A stretch of 64,000 bases of DNA from contig JAANOX010000032.1 in assembly GCA_020184695.1 (NCBI GenBank), positions 186,001 to 250,000 on the forward strand, read 5' to 3'. Below the pieces are notes generated by a model. It saw only the letters and a program-made list of their open reading frames with translations. It did not search any database and was not told where the DNA came from. A program made the position numbers and the translations under genes. This stretch comes from Histomonas meleagridis 2922-C6/04-290x. Taxonomy: Eukaryota; Protista; Parabasalia. This document shows, piece after piece, positions 11,103 to 23,068 of this stretch (positions within the stretch are counted from its first letter, which is position 1; the number at the start of each line of letters is the position of its first letter).

Positions 11103-12140
11103 ATGTGGGAGATTCAACCTGATTGGACACAGTTAAATAATTTCTACGTAAGAATAGGAAATAGCACTTACCCAATGAAATATTCCAATGGTATAACTTC
11201 ATGTGAAAATCCAGCAGTTACTGTTAATCAATTTCAAAATCACTCATTTTCAATAACAGCTCCTGAAGGCCAATGTACATTTCTTGCTCCAAAAAGGTCA
11301 CTTGATATTCACAAAGGCCAATCAATCAACTGTATTGCATTATCTCCTGATCGAATGGAAGTTTTATCAGGTGATTCTTCTGGTCATTTATATCTAACAC
11401 ATTTAGGTACAGAACCAGTTCCTCTCCCTGGTCCAACTCCTGGTTTTGATATTGAATCTTGTATTTTTGATCCATCACATAAATTATTTTTCTCATGTGG
11501 TGGTGACTTCCGTATATACGAGTTTTCTTCAACTGAGTACCAACCTACTGGACGTTATGATGGTCATAGATCATCTGTCAAATCAATATTAGTATATGGC
11601 GATAATCTTTATTCAGGCTCTCATGACTCACAAGTTTGTATCTGGGATATTTCAACACACAAAAGGCTTTCATCTGCCAACATGGGGCATCCTGTTAATG
11701 ACATTTGCTTTTCATCAAATGATCTGATTTTTGCAGCAACTGAGCAATCCATCTCAGCAATCGACAGAAGGACCCAACAATCAGCGGTATCGCCTACATT
11801 TGAGAAAGGATTATCATTCAATACAATTGCATCATTTGAAAATGAACTTGTTACTGGAACAGATGACGGCAAAGTCATCGGATATGACATACGTAATCTT
11901 TCACAGCCATTCAGCGAGTTTTCATGGTTTGATTCTCCAATAAATAAATTGCGATATTGCGTTGGAAAACTATGGGTAGCAACAAACGACGGCACTGCAG
12001 CGTGTATAAATATGGCTGAAAAGAGGTCGTATGTTGTTCTGGGTACAATATCTTATGTACCGATTAGAGATTTGGCATTGTCAGAACTGACAATATGGAC
12101 AGCAAGCGGAGAGGGAATAATGCAAAATTTTGATTTATAA
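11103..12140 (+). CDS. WD40 protein, PAAF1/Rpn14-like proteasome assembly chaperone
   Basis: N-terminal EIQPDW resembles PAAF1 RIQSDW; repeats include CGGDFRIY and GHRSSVKSI...SGSHDSQVCIWD. Confidence 0.7.
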   Translation: MWEIQPDWTQLNNFYVRIGNSTYPMKYSNGITSCENPAVTVNQFQNHSFSITAPEGQCTFLAPKRSLDIHKGQSINCIALSPDRMEVLSGDSSGHLYLTHLGTEPVPLPGPTPGFDIESCIFDPSHKLFFSCGGDFRIYEFSSTEYQPTGRYDGHRSSVKSILVYGDNLYSGSHDSQVCIWDISTHKRLSSANMGHPVNDICFSSNDLIFAATEQSISAIDRRTQQSAVSPTFEKGLSFNTIASFENELVTGTDDGKVIGYDIRNLSQPFSEFSWFDSPINKLRYCVGKLWVATNDGTAACINMAEKRSYVVLGTISYVPIRDLALSELTIWTASGEGIMQNFDL

Positions 12141-12716
12141 GTAAATTCAATGAATTTTTTAAAGAAATTTGTTTGTTTTTTAATTACAACCACTAAAAAA
12201 GATTTTCTAATTAGTTTTTATTATTTGGGAAATGGCTTATAAATAAAAAAACAAAAAAATTGTACTCAGGCATGCAACTTGTTAAACAAAACATTCATTG
12301 ATGTAAAGCAAACATTACATTGGGCAACATTACAAATCATTTATAAGTATATATTTTAATCAATTAACGAAGCAATTCTTTGTTAGAAACATAAGCATCA
12401 TCATTTTTTTTAATATCTAATTTATGTGTAAGTAAATATTTCGCTTATAATTAAAGTTAAAAGAAGAAATTGATATTAATATTAAAATTTTTATAGAATT
12501 TTAATGTAAAATTTATTTGAACATATGGGAATTTTTTCTAACATATTGAATAGTATTGCTGATTAAACAAAATATATGAAAAAGAACTTATAATGCAGGT
12601 TCATCTTCATCGTAATAATTTCTAAACTTTATTTCATAAAATCTTTATTCAATTTTTTAAATGAATAATTATCGTCAAAATTTATGGCTTAGCATGGGAT
12701 AGAATCAAAATCCTAA

Positions 12717-13553
12717 ATGTCTTCTTGCCAACACTCCAACAAACCTTCAACCATTACTATTCGAAATATTCCAGTTGATGAATTAGGCTATTCCTAGTCA
12801 CTGAATCCATGATTGTCAATCTCTTCAAATCAGTCGGAACAATTGTTGAAGACAGTATTCGTATATACAATTTACGTCCTTCTTATGCATATGTTACCTT
12901 TTCCAATTATGAAATGGCCGATCTTGCAGTTCATAATTTCATTATTATAATTATTATAATAATTTCATTATTCTACGATTGCAGGTCAAACACTTTATAT
13001 CTCACACTATAACACTGAAACTCGTAATTCAATTTCCTGTAGCGATAATAATATTTTCATCGAAGGGATTGATAATTCGTTTACTGAAATTGCATTTATT
13101 TATATCGCGTCTTCTTAATTGCGAAGTTATCTCATGTAAAATTTCCACGAGAATTGGCCCAGATAACAAACCGATCAATAGTGGATATGGATACGATCGA
13201 TTTTTACACTCCGAAGATGCCAAAACGCGATTTTGAAACTGAACTGCTGCAAAATTAATGGAAACGAAATCAAAGCCAAACTGGATTACAAAAATTTACC
13301 AAAATCCATAAAAACAGATGAAGATTTACGTAAATTATTTTCCAAATTTGGAACTGTTGCTTCACCGAAAATCAATAAAAAAGGATTCGGGTTCTGTAAC
13401 ACGGCCGACCACGAAAGCGCTGTCGCAGCAATCAATGGACTTCACGGGAAGCGTTTTAAAGGGCGCGTGCTCCATGTGCAGAAATACGTGAGCCATAAAG
13501 TAAGAATAAACTTCGGGGAAAGTGATTTTAAGTTGTTTAGTAAAAGAAATTGA
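12717..13553 (+). pseudogene. Decayed multi-RRM (PABP-like) RNA-binding protein
   Basis: RNP2 TITIRNIP followed by a stop; RNP1-like YAYVTF, GYGYDRF and KGFGFCN lie in different frames. Confidence 0.75.
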
Positions 13554-14273
13554 AATATTTTTGTTTTTATAAATTTATAAATATAATTTTTGTAAGTTAA
13601 GTCAATTTACTTGTTTTTTAATTCAAGTTTAACGAAATTTCAAGACTATAATTTCCCAGTTAAATCAGAATATCATTTAAAATGTTTTGTTGTTGATGAA
13701 TTATTTATCTATAGATTAATTTAAAAAAAGAAAAATAATAGTAGAAGTTTCGTTAAGAAAAGGTTTTATCAAAGAAAACTGAGTGAGTAAAAAAATGCTT
13801 TTAAATTACTTCTAAAATATACAACAAAAAATTATATTTAGAAAATGATTATTCGTAAATGTACATCGGATTATCTTACTAGAAGATTTGAAGAATTAGG
13901 AATAACATTGCTAAATTTAAAATTTTTATAATTTTACATTATAATTATTCTGGTAATCGTGAAAGTTTTATTTAAATTTTGGAAATGAAATAATAAATAT
14001 CTGGCATATTAACAAAATATATTTTTGCATGAAAGTCATTCAAAACAAAGGTAGATTTTTTTTATATATTTCATTTTTTATAGACTTCGTTTGATCAAAC
14101 ATATATTTTATTTCTAAAACATTTTTAAAAGTATTTATACGTAAAAAGATTTGGGAACAGTAGTTTTCTTTAAACGGTTTTTACTGATATCAATAAATTT
14201 TTTTGAATACTGACGATAGAATTGAGGCAGGAAGTAAAACACGCAAAATTTCCATCATCCATCCTGGCTTCGA

Positions 14274-17200
14274 ATGAAATTCCCTATCACAATATTACCC
14301 AAACTAATGAACCCAGGAATGAGCAATGCGCAATACCCTCATTGCTTTGCCACGACTTATTTTCATGGACAACAATTAATTGCTTATGGATCTTCTAATA
14401 ATGTCATTATAGCAACAAGGAGTTTATCCATCGTAACTTCACTTAAAGGGCATCCTGAAGGAACTATGGTTACTTCTATTGCTTGGGCGCCATATTCAGG
14501 TCGTTTATCATCTGGTTCTACAGACAATCGTATTTTTATTTGGGAACCAGTTTCTTCAGTAGGGTGGACTCTATCACAAGAAATCAAAATTAATAGTCCA
14601 CCAGTTTGTCTTTCATGGAGTCATTGTGATCATAAATTTTGTGTTTGCTCAGATGTAGTTACAATATACCAACGTGAAGACATACCTGATCCAAGCACAG
14701 GTCTCTGTGCCATTCATCCGATATGGATAGATCCCATCAAAGCTACATTTTGTAGTCATTCACGAGATTCTCGCTTTATCTTAGTACTTCAAGCCAACAC
14801 ACGAACCATTGTCATCTATCATAAAATCCAGCAATCGAATAGTTATTGTCGCATCAACATCAGCCAACCGTCGCCGGTTAAGAACGTTAGATGGCGGACG
14901 ACCGATAACATTCATGAGCGATGTTGTTTTTTTACGTTAGGCGATGATATGGCTGTTCGTATATGGACTGAGACCAGTGTTAATGAGAAGCTTATGTTTA
15001 ATGTTGTTGCAGCTATTCCAGGGTGTTATGAAACTGTATTTACAGCATTTGTAACTAAGACTACACGAATGGTTACAAATAATCCAATGATTTTTCAACA
15101 GATTCATCGGCCTAAATCAGATACATATGCATATGGACATGGACATTTCCCATTAAGAGATCGAGATGATCGAGAAGCGAAATTATTAGATCAAAGTGAA
15201 TTAGAACAAAGTCGATTTTGGTTAATCACATGTGATAAATCAAAGAAAGTCATTCTCTGGGAAATCAAAGGAATTTGTGCACAAATTAGAAGAACACCAG
15301 AATTAATACAATTGTTATGTTTTAAATTAGATGTAGATTTTACTGAATTAGATCAATTATTAGTTACATGTCGATTAGAAAGTGAATTTTCACATTTTCA
15401 AGATCAACATTTCTTAGGTCGTCCTAGTTATTTATCATTAGTCTTACAAAACAGAGCAACAAAAATGATAACGTCAGTTAATTTACAAATATCTAAGAAA
15501 TTACGAGTTACACAAATCTCAAATTTACATGGACATGATTCTAAAATTACATTAATTCGTGTACATGAGAATTTACCATTAATGATCTCTATCGATAATG
15601 AAGGGAATGGATTCATATGGAAATTTAATGATACTGATGTATATGATCCATCAATATTAGTTAAGTTTATATATAAATTAAAGAACAAGTTAATAACTGC
15701 TGATTGGTTAACACCATCATCACAATTATTAGGGTTTAATGGAGAAAATATTATAATCATTGATATTAACTCACAAGAATCAAAAGAATTTCCTATGAAT
15801 TGGAAAGATTATAGAAAAGATTTCTTAGATTTTCGAGTTGTTTGTGAATTAGAAGAAGGAATTATATTTTATATTTTATTTAAGAATGATATATTTATTA
15901 TGTGGTATCATCGGAATAATATAATAGAATTAAAACATATTCATTCTAATGAATTATTTGTAGATATTACACCAGTATATGTAACAAAATTATTACCTTA
16001 TTCAGGATCTTCAATATGTATTATTTCAACTAAACATCAAATATTTTGTATTGTATTAAACTCATCATTTATAGATCAAAAGAATAAAGAAGAATTATTA
16101 ACATATGAAAAGATATTAGATTTAGAAAATGAAGAAATTAAAGGTATCTCTATAGCACATCCAGGGTTTTTATTTGTAGCAGCAACTAAAAATATATATA
16201 TTACTTGGAGAAAAGATTGTTCACAACATAAATTCGAAATATTACATTCAATTCCTATAAATTATGAACCATTAAAAATAGCTTGTATACCAACAGGAAT
16301 GTTTTCTGTTACTAGTAAAGATAAAATCGAATTTTATTATCCAATTAGAGATAATTATTCATATTTAAAGTCAAATTGTTTATGGAAATTAGTTAGTTCT
16401 TATAATGTTCCTAATGCAGGTGTAATCGAATGGACACTTGATGGTATATTAGTATATTCTTCTAATAATCAAATTCATGCATTTACTAAGTTCATGGATA
16501 CATATTTCTTAAATGTACCACAAAAATTACCAACTTTTCATTATACTTTATCAAGTTTATGTAAAACAATTAGTGATTTTCATCCAATGAATTTAATACC
16601 TATTTTAATATCAGGAAGATTTAGTTTATTAATACGAATGTTTAAGTTTTTAATAGAAAACTTTGATAATTCGAAGTTGAAATGGTTTTGTACTAATTAT
16701 ATCTTAAAAATTCAAGAAGAAATTGATGATGATCCTTTATTAACAGATGAAAGTATTGATGAAATTATTGGGAAATTAAAAGAAACATTAGAAAAGAATA
16801 ATGGATTTACTGAATTTACCAAAGAAGAAAATGAAGTTTTCATGAACATATTAAATAAATTTAAAACAATATATAAATTACCAAAAGATTTATTAGATAA
16901 TTATGGAATATATTATTTACGAGCTTTAACATTTTCTATTGAACATGTTATACCATTTGATTTAATTTTATTAGCATATAAATCTAAAGAACAAGATAAA
17001 TTAATTAAATTCATTAATTTTTCTAATTGGACATCGATATGTAATTCAGGAGTATTATTATGGATGAAAGATTTAAACACATTAATTAACTTAATTATCC
17101 CTTATGCTACATCAGAGTTTGAAACACGTCGTTTCATGTCAATATTATTATTAACAGTTACAAAACGATTTCGAGTATTACATTCATTGTTTCATAAAGC

Positions 17201-20200
17201 TGGTGATGATACACGAGCAGAATTCTTTGTACGAGATTTTTCTACTCCACGAAATAAAAGAGTTGCTGAGAAAAATGCATATAGTGCATTAAGTAAGCAA
17301 GATTATCATATTGCGGCTTCAATGTTTTGTTTAGCTAATCGTTATGATTTAGCTATAAATGTATTATATCAAAATGTACATGATATATCATTAATATTTT
17401 TTGTATTACGGAATTTAAATAATAATGAAAATAAATTAATGGAAAAAGCTATTAATGAATTATTTATACCTCAATCAATAACATTAAATGATTATTCAGC
17501 AAAATTATTTTTCGAAATTTTTAAAGATCCAATTAATATTAACTTTGATAATTATAATGAACGTTGTATGCAAATTAAACCATTAAATTATAATATATCA
17601 TCAAATTATTTCTGTGATATGCGATTTTGTACGACTGAAATCTTAAATTTACCATTAAATATTAAAACAAATTTATCTTTATCATTCTTTATTTCAGGTA
17701 CAATTTTTTTAGCTGTAATTTATCTGAAGTATTTTGATACGTTTATCCTAAAAGTGACGCGGGAACAATCAATTGAACAATTACATATTAATTTAGATAA
17801 ACATATTTCTATTCCACAAATTAATTATCAACAAGAACAATCAATTCGAACTATACCAATTAAGAATTATTCACATAAACAAATCCCTTCAATTGTATAT
17901 GAATCAGATGATAGTAATGAAGAAGATGAATATGATACAATATTAATGGAGAATAATGAAGAAGAGAAAACTGATAAAGAAAAAGATTTCGAACCTTTTT
18001 CATTTGGATTTACTGGTGATTATGTTGAAGATATTGATTCAAGTGATTTTTATTCATCGACAGAAGATGATAGTACACAATCAATACCATCTGTTTCATT
18101 ATTACATCCTTCGCCTTCTATCATTGACGAATGTTCTTTCATTCCTAATTCATCAAATCGTATCATTGGTAAATCATATCATTTAGAGACTAATGATTCG
18201 AGTACATTTAACATTGATAATAATGAAGAAGAAGAAGAAATTTTAATTAGTAATAATAACAATAATAATAATGATAATTATGAAAATAATGTAATTAATT
18301 GGTTTATGATTTTGATTGTGTTTAACATTGGAAGATTACGATTAGAAGGATTTATCGAAACGCAAAATGATTTTTCAAAGATTAATCAAAGTATAACTTC
18401 TTTATCAAATGAAATTAAAGAAGCAGGTAATCACTTATATTCAATGATTGGACAATTAAATGATTATTTATTACGTACATGTAAAAGAAGATGTTTTGTA
18501 TTCCGAAGACTTTTGTTGTTGTCGAATAAAGAAGAACAATTAAATTACTTCGAAGAGTTATGTCGAAATATTTCATATTTACCGGAACAAATGATATCGA
18601 TGAAATTCACTGCACAACAAATAGCTCAAATATCTCAAACGATATGTGTTTTAATTACTTGTATTAATCAGAAGGTTTTACCATTTGATAAATATCCAAG
18701 TTTTGCATTTATTATATGTTCAATTGTTACTGGTTCATTCATTGTAGCGTTATTTAATCATGACGTCGATTTAATGCAAACTATTATAACTTTAGATTTA
18801 AATAAATTAATTAAAAATAGAATTATCGATGACGTAATTATAAACCATTTAAATGTGAACTTAATTACGCCAACAAACGCTCCTTATGAAAGTGAACATA
18901 TTCATTTTGAACAATATTTCTTTTCATTTTTATCGTTGAACACTATTGAAACTTTTCACTTGAAGTCCGTTAAAAAACCGAAATCGTTAGGTCAATTTGT
19001 ATCGAGTTTGATCGACTTCTTATTAGTAGATAATATCTTAAGAAATGTAAAAGAATTAATCCAAAATGAAGGCGAAAATCAAAATAAAGGATTAGTACAA
19101 AATTTATTAATATCATTATATTGGTTACATGATGTATATCAACAACTTTTTACATACTCTACATTGAATTTTCCAATTTTCTTACAAATTAATTCACTTT
19201 TTGAAATAGTTTCAGAGGACTCAAAATTGAATAATTTATATCTTACGTTGATCAAATCGTATGATCGTACTAAATTGATACCAATGTTTTGTAAGAATTT
19301 ATTAAAACGATTTTCATTTAATTTATTACATAATAAACTTACAACTATATCTACTAAAGTACATATGAAACGACCTGAAATTATAGCATCATATAAAACA
19401 GCAATTTTATCATTATGTATTAATAAAGATTGTAATACATTAATAGCAGCTACAACATTAGGACTAAAGAAGTTATCTAACCCAATCACATTAAATAAAG
19501 AAGAAGAAGAAGAAAATGAAAATGAAAGTATATTACCAGAGTTAGAAATCGGTAATGAAGTTATTCAAGAAGATGAAATTAATGAACAACAACAAACACA
19601 ACAAGATGAAACGGAAGAAGAAATTAATGCATTTAATGCAAACGTTTCATTAAATTATTTCGACAAACATAATTTACCTTCATATGTAATCTCTCATCCA
19701 ATTAAAAACTATGCATTAGTGAGTGAATTAAATGGCGGAATATATTTGACATCATTCGATGACATCAAGAAATGTATAATATATAATACGCCGGATAAAA
19801 ACATTCGATGTAATGGAATTTCATTCTCTTACGACGGATATTTATTCGGTGCTTTATATGGATCAAAAGTTAACTTGTATAATCAAGATAACTTAAACCC
19901 TTATAATGTAATCGATACTTATTCAAGTAAAGTGACTGGAATATGTTTCGGGACTTCAACTGCTCAATTTTATACACAACAAATAGAATCACGTGACTGT
20001 AAAGCTAATATTTGTTTATGGGATTCGTTAATGCCAAATGACTTGGCAATGGTATCGTCAATTAGGATACCCCAAAGTTACGGTTCACCCCAAAAATTCT
20101 ATTACTCGCCAAACTTGTCTCAAATTTTCGTGGGAACGTCAGGGGGGTTCGTCGTAACGATAGACACAAGACAGTTCCAAATAATTTCACAGTGGAAGAC

Positions 20201-20456
20201 GTTTAATAATAAGAAACGTGAAGTGACCGCTTTGGCATTCAATGAGAATTTAAGACAATTAGCAACGGGTACGACAAATGGTGTGGTAAAATTATGGGAC
20301 GTGGAAACTTCACAAGAACTCGCGAGTACTGCAAGAAAGAAACAAAAAAGAATGAAGTCGAGAAAACCAACAATTACTTCAATTGTATTTAATAATGATA
20401 TTTTATATGTTTCAAATCTTAACGGAGTTGTACAAAGAATTCAAATATCATCATAA
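14274..20456 (+). CDS. DmX-like/Rabconnectin-3alpha/RAVE subunit Rav1-like WD40 protein
   Basis: 2060 aa with N- and C-terminal WD40 repeats and the Rav1p_C signature AEKNAYSALSKQDYHIAASMFCLA. Confidence 0.85.
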   Translation: MKFPITILPKLMNPGMSNAQYPHCFATTYFHGQQLIAYGSSNNVIIATRSLSIVTSLKGHPEGTMVTSIAWAPYSGRLSSGSTDNRIFIWEPVSSVGWTLSQEIKINSPPVCLSWSHCDHKFCVCSDVVTIYQREDIPDPSTGLCAIHPIWIDPIKATFCSHSRDSRFILVLQANTRTIVIYHKIQQSNSYCRINISQPSPVKNVRWRTTDNIHERCCFFTLGDDMAVRIWTETSVNEKLMFNVVAAIPGCYETVFTAFVTKTTRMVTNNPMIFQQIHRPKSDTYAYGHGHFPLRDRDDREAKLLDQSELEQSRFWLITCDKSKKVILWEIKGICAQIRRTPELIQLLCFKLDVDFTELDQLLVTCRLESEFSHFQDQHFLGRPSYLSLVLQNRATKMITSVNLQISKKLRVTQISNLHGHDSKITLIRVHENLPLMISIDNEGNGFIWKFNDTDVYDPSILVKFIYKLKNKLITADWLTPSSQLLGFNGENIIIIDINSQESKEFPMNWKDYRKDFLDFRVVCELEEGIIFYILFKNDIFIMWYHRNNIIELKHIHSNELFVDITPVYVTKLLPYSGSSICIISTKHQIFCIVLNSSFIDQKNKEELLTYEKILDLENEEIKGISIAHPGFLFVAATKNIYITWRKDCSQHKFEILHSIPINYEPLKIACIPTGMFSVTSKDKIEFYYPIRDNYSYLKSNCLWKLVSSYNVPNAGVIEWTLDGILVYSSNNQIHAFTKFMDTYFLNVPQKLPTFHYTLSSLCKTISDFHPMNLIPILISGRFSLLIRMFKFLIENFDNSKLKWFCTNYILKIQEEIDDDPLLTDESIDEIIGKLKETLEKNNGFTEFTKEENEVFMNILNKFKTIYKLPKDLLDNYGIYYLRALTFSIEHVIPFDLILLAYKSKEQDKLIKFINFSNWTSICNSGVLLWMKDLNTLINLIIPYATSEFETRRFMSILLLTVTKRFRVLHSLFHKAGDDTRAEFFVRDFSTPRNKRVAEKNAYSALSKQDYHIAASMFCLANRYDLAINVLYQNVHDISLIFFVLRNLNNNENKLMEKAINELFIPQSITLNDYSAKLFFEIFKDPININFDNYNERCMQIKPLNYNISSNYFCDMRFCTTEILNLPLNIKTNLSLSFFISGTIFLAVIYLKYFDTFILKVTREQSIEQLHINLDKHISIPQINYQQEQSIRTIPIKNYSHKQIPSIVYESDDSNEEDEYDTILMENNEEEKTDKEKDFEPFSFGFTGDYVEDIDSSDFYSSTEDDSTQSIPSVSLLHPSPSIIDECSFIPNSSNRIIGKSYHLETNDSSTFNIDNNEEEEEILISNNNNNNNDNYENNVINWFMILIVFNIGRLRLEGFIETQNDFSKINQSITSLSNEIKEAGNHLYSMIGQLNDYLLRTCKRRCFVFRRLLLLSNKEEQLNYFEELCRNISYLPEQMISMKFTAQQIAQISQTICVLITCINQKVLPFDKYPSFAFIICSIVTGSFIVALFNHDVDLMQTIITLDLNKLIKNRIIDDVIINHLNVNLITPTNAPYESEHIHFEQYFFSFLSLNTIETFHLKSVKKPKSLGQFVSSLIDFLLVDNILRNVKELIQNEGENQNKGLVQNLLISLYWLHDVYQQLFTYSTLNFPIFLQINSLFEIVSEDSKLNNLYLTLIKSYDRTKLIPMFCKNLLKRFSFNLLHNKLTTISTKVHMKRPEIIASYKTAILSLCINKDCNTLIAATTLGLKKLSNPITLNKEEEEENENESILPELEIGNEVIQEDEINEQQQTQQDETEEEINAFNANVSLNYFDKHNLPSYVISHPIKNYALVSELNGGIYLTSFDDIKKCIIYNTPDKNIRCNGISFSYDGYLFGALYGSKVNLYNQDNLNPYNVIDTYSSKVTGICFGTSTAQFYTQQIESRDCKANICLWDSLMPNDLAMVSSIRIPQSYGSPQKFYYSPNLSQIFVGTSGGFVVTIDTRQFQIISQWKTFNNKKREVTALAFNENLRQLATGTTNGVVKLWDVETSQELASTARKKQKRMKSRKPTITSIVFNNDILYVSNLNGVVQRIQISS

Positions 20457-20615
20457 GTTATGTTCATTTAAAAATAAAATTTATTATTATTTAATTATTT
20501 TTTAATTATTTTCATTTAATATATATTAATGATTTTCCATTCTGTATTTTGAGAGATATATAACACGATGAAGAAATTAAGAATGCTGAAATAGAATTGT
20601 TGAACTTTCTTTCTG

Positions 20616-21240
20616 CTAGTTGTATGTATTTATTATGATGTTCGAATTATTTAATGACAAATATTTAAAACATTTAATTGATCCAAAAAATGTACAATAA
20701 TCAATTAATGAAACATTTTTAGTATTAACAAATGAACATCTTTCATAAAGTGATGGCTTCATTATTTGATTAAAGTCAAATTCATTATGTGATGATATTT
20801 CTTGAAGATTTTCTAAATCATCATTTCGAAGTACTTTAGCAATTTCTAATGGATTAACTCCTTCTTTTATATATTGCAACTTAAGTTTCCAATTATCTTT
20901 TGATAATTCATCAAGTGCTGAGATGAATTCTTCAAGGAATTGTGGTATTGGAAATTTGTTCCTTAATTTGTTTATTTCTTCTTTTGTTTTATATTAAGAA
21001 AAATATAATGTGCTCATGTTCTTTACTGATGATGGTTCAAGTATTTCTTCTTCGATCATCTTTTCAAGAAGGAAATATGATTTTTGCTTTTCTATTTTCA
21101 GTAAATATTCACAAAAGTCTTTTGAACAAGATTAGATTCAGTTTCACTTTTGTTTTTATCTTTTTCATCTACCTATCCTTCACCCAGGTAGTTCCAACTC
21201 AACAATTTTCAAAGGATTTCTTCATAAAAATAATATGGTA
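20616..21240 (-). pseudogene. DUF3447-type (parabasalid ankyrin-associated) gene remnant
   Basis: IAKVLRNDDLENLQE...PSLYER..F...SLIDYCTFFGSIKCFKYL; upstream LPYYFYEEIL segment broken by stops. Boundaries approximate. Confidence 0.55.
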
Positions 21241-21884
21241 ATCTGATTTATTCCCACATAATTGGATATAAATCGTTTGCAATTAATGGAATCGGTCAGC
21301 ATATGATCCACACCCTAGAATTGATACAAGAAGTAGCACAAGTAAAAATAACACTCAGATTGATAGAGAAAACAGGTAATAACAGAAAATTTGTAAGAAT
21401 TTGTGATTTGACGTATGGTGTTTGCAGACCAATTAAATGGATTAATGATAGAAAATAACAGTAAAAAATAAAATGAGGATATCTTAATTCTCTGAATATA
21501 AAATTTAGTAACATGCACGAAAAAAATATATCGATTAATAAATGTAATATACTTTTAATTTTATGTGTAAAATATCGAAGCTTTTGTTGCATGTTTTCTA
21601 CTTCATTAATAAATGGATTCTTTTGATTCTTGTACATTTCCTGCACCTCGGTGTCCTTGATAAGGTCCTTTTACTTAAGCCAATCTGGTGTTCTTACTGT
21701 TCCGAAGAGGCAAGAGTTCCTACCTATTTCCGAAGATCAATCAGTATGACACTGATTGTTCCATCAAAACTATGTGGCACCATTACCCACACACATTATA
21801 ATAATTCGTTGTGTATCTAATGTTACACAGCATTACAATGCATACTTTAAATTAAATGAATTAATAATAACGAAATACATTTTA

Positions 21885-22922
21885 CTAAAATTTTAAGTCA
21901 AATTCTGGTGCATTGAATGCAAAATCAATTAGTGCTGTTGTAACATTAGATTGTGGTAACGGTTGACTTTTCATCGGCTCAGGGAGCATCACAGAATACT
22001 CGCTCAAGCTGCACAAGCTGAATAATGTGTTATCTTCGCCTGCACATGCATCAACAATTTTCATATCCTTTGGAATGACAACTTTTCGTGGAATTGGCGA
22101 ATTAGAGTATGAACCTGTGCCAAGTTGCCCAGACGTGCCGCAGCCCCACGTCCAGCACTCCCCTTGATATGTTATGATGCCAAAATGTGCACCACCTGCA
22201 AATATGCGAATTGGAAGACCTGCAAATCCGGTAATTTGAAGGAGTCTATTACGCCGAATTTCATAGGCTCGTCCATCACTTGCAATAACAGCTGCCATTT
22301 TCCGAGTAGATGCAACTGAAATTATATCTGTAAATTTATTGATTGGATCAGTTGAGTTATCTTGGTATACATAAAGAGTGCCATCTTGAGTAAGTATGGA
22401 ACAACCATTTTCAAGGTAGTTAGTAGCATATAAAATAGATTCTGGCTGAGGAATTGATAGTTGTGTAACTTTTTCTCCATCAAAATATAATATTTTATTA
22501 TCGTTAGTGATGCCAATAACGATTTGAAATTTGGCATAGAGTTTTTTAATGTTGGAAAAGGAATCAGGTAAATTTATTTTGCCGTATTTCTCAATTGTAC
22601 CATCTTCCTTTAATAGCAAAGTAAACGTATCTCCAGCAACAACATTTTCTGGGTTATTTGTAATTTTCAATTGAGGTGTATATAGATTTTGAACTGTTTC
22701 AGTTGAACATCCTGGAATTTGCCCCTCAGAGTTGCACCCGCAGAAAGAAAGATGATTAGGTTTAGCTTGTGAGTAGAATATAGTATGCCAACTTCCAGCA
22801 ATTACTTTTATGCAATTATTTGGAGTTGCTAATTCTATTGGATATGTAACATTTTGAGCTTGCCCAATTTGGGTAAATTCGCTAGATCCACATGCATAAA
22901 AAATATTTGGCTGTGAGTGCAT
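21885..22922 (-). CDS. RCC1-repeat protein
   Basis: VIAGSWHTIF, VVAGDTFTLLL, IFAGGAHFG, WTWGCGTSGQLG, ACAGEDNTLF. Confidence 0.85.
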   Translation of the reverse strand: MHSQPNIFYACGSSEFTQIGQAQNVTYPIELATPNNCIKVIAGSWHTIFYSQAKPNHLSFCGCNSEGQIPGCSTETVQNLYTPQLKITNNPENVVAGDTFTLLLKEDGTIEKYGKINLPDSFSNIKKLYAKFQIVIGITNDNKILYFDGEKVTQLSIPQPESILYATNYLENGCSILTQDGTLYVYQDNSTDPINKFTDIISVASTRKMAAVIASDGRAYEIRRNRLLQITGFAGLPIRIFAGGAHFGIITYQGECWTWGCGTSGQLGTGSYSNSPIPRKVVIPKDMKIVDACAGEDNTLFSLCSLSEYSVMLPEPMKSQPLPQSNVTTALIDFAFNAPEFDLKF

Positions 22923-22949
22923 TTTATAAAAACTTGTGGTTTAGAAATA

Positions 22950-22956
22950 AACGGTT
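22950..22956. promoter_or_regulatory. M3-like (Myb-recognition) core promoter element AACGGTT
   Basis: 28 bp upstream of the RCC1 ATG. The same AACSGTT motif occurs upstream of other genes (5491, 14173, 47147, 48295). Confidence 0.35.
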
Positions 22957-23068
22957 TCTCTTTTCCCATAATGAAAAAAATTCAAATAAATCATTTATTG
23001 CATTTTTATTTCGATTAAATCACGAATAATTAACTTTAAAGAACTATGATATTTTATTTACACACAAA

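Noticed and set aside
17900-18300. Asn/Glu/Asp-rich low-complexity stretch with (AAT)n in the DmX-like gene; similar tract in the gamma-adaptin hinge
   Set aside because: In-frame low-complexity linkers typical of AT-rich protists; not introns or insertions.
21296-21830. Short ORFs between the DUF3447 remnant and RCC1
   Set aside because: Coding-like composition but no identifiable motif; possibly decayed TE or gene debris.
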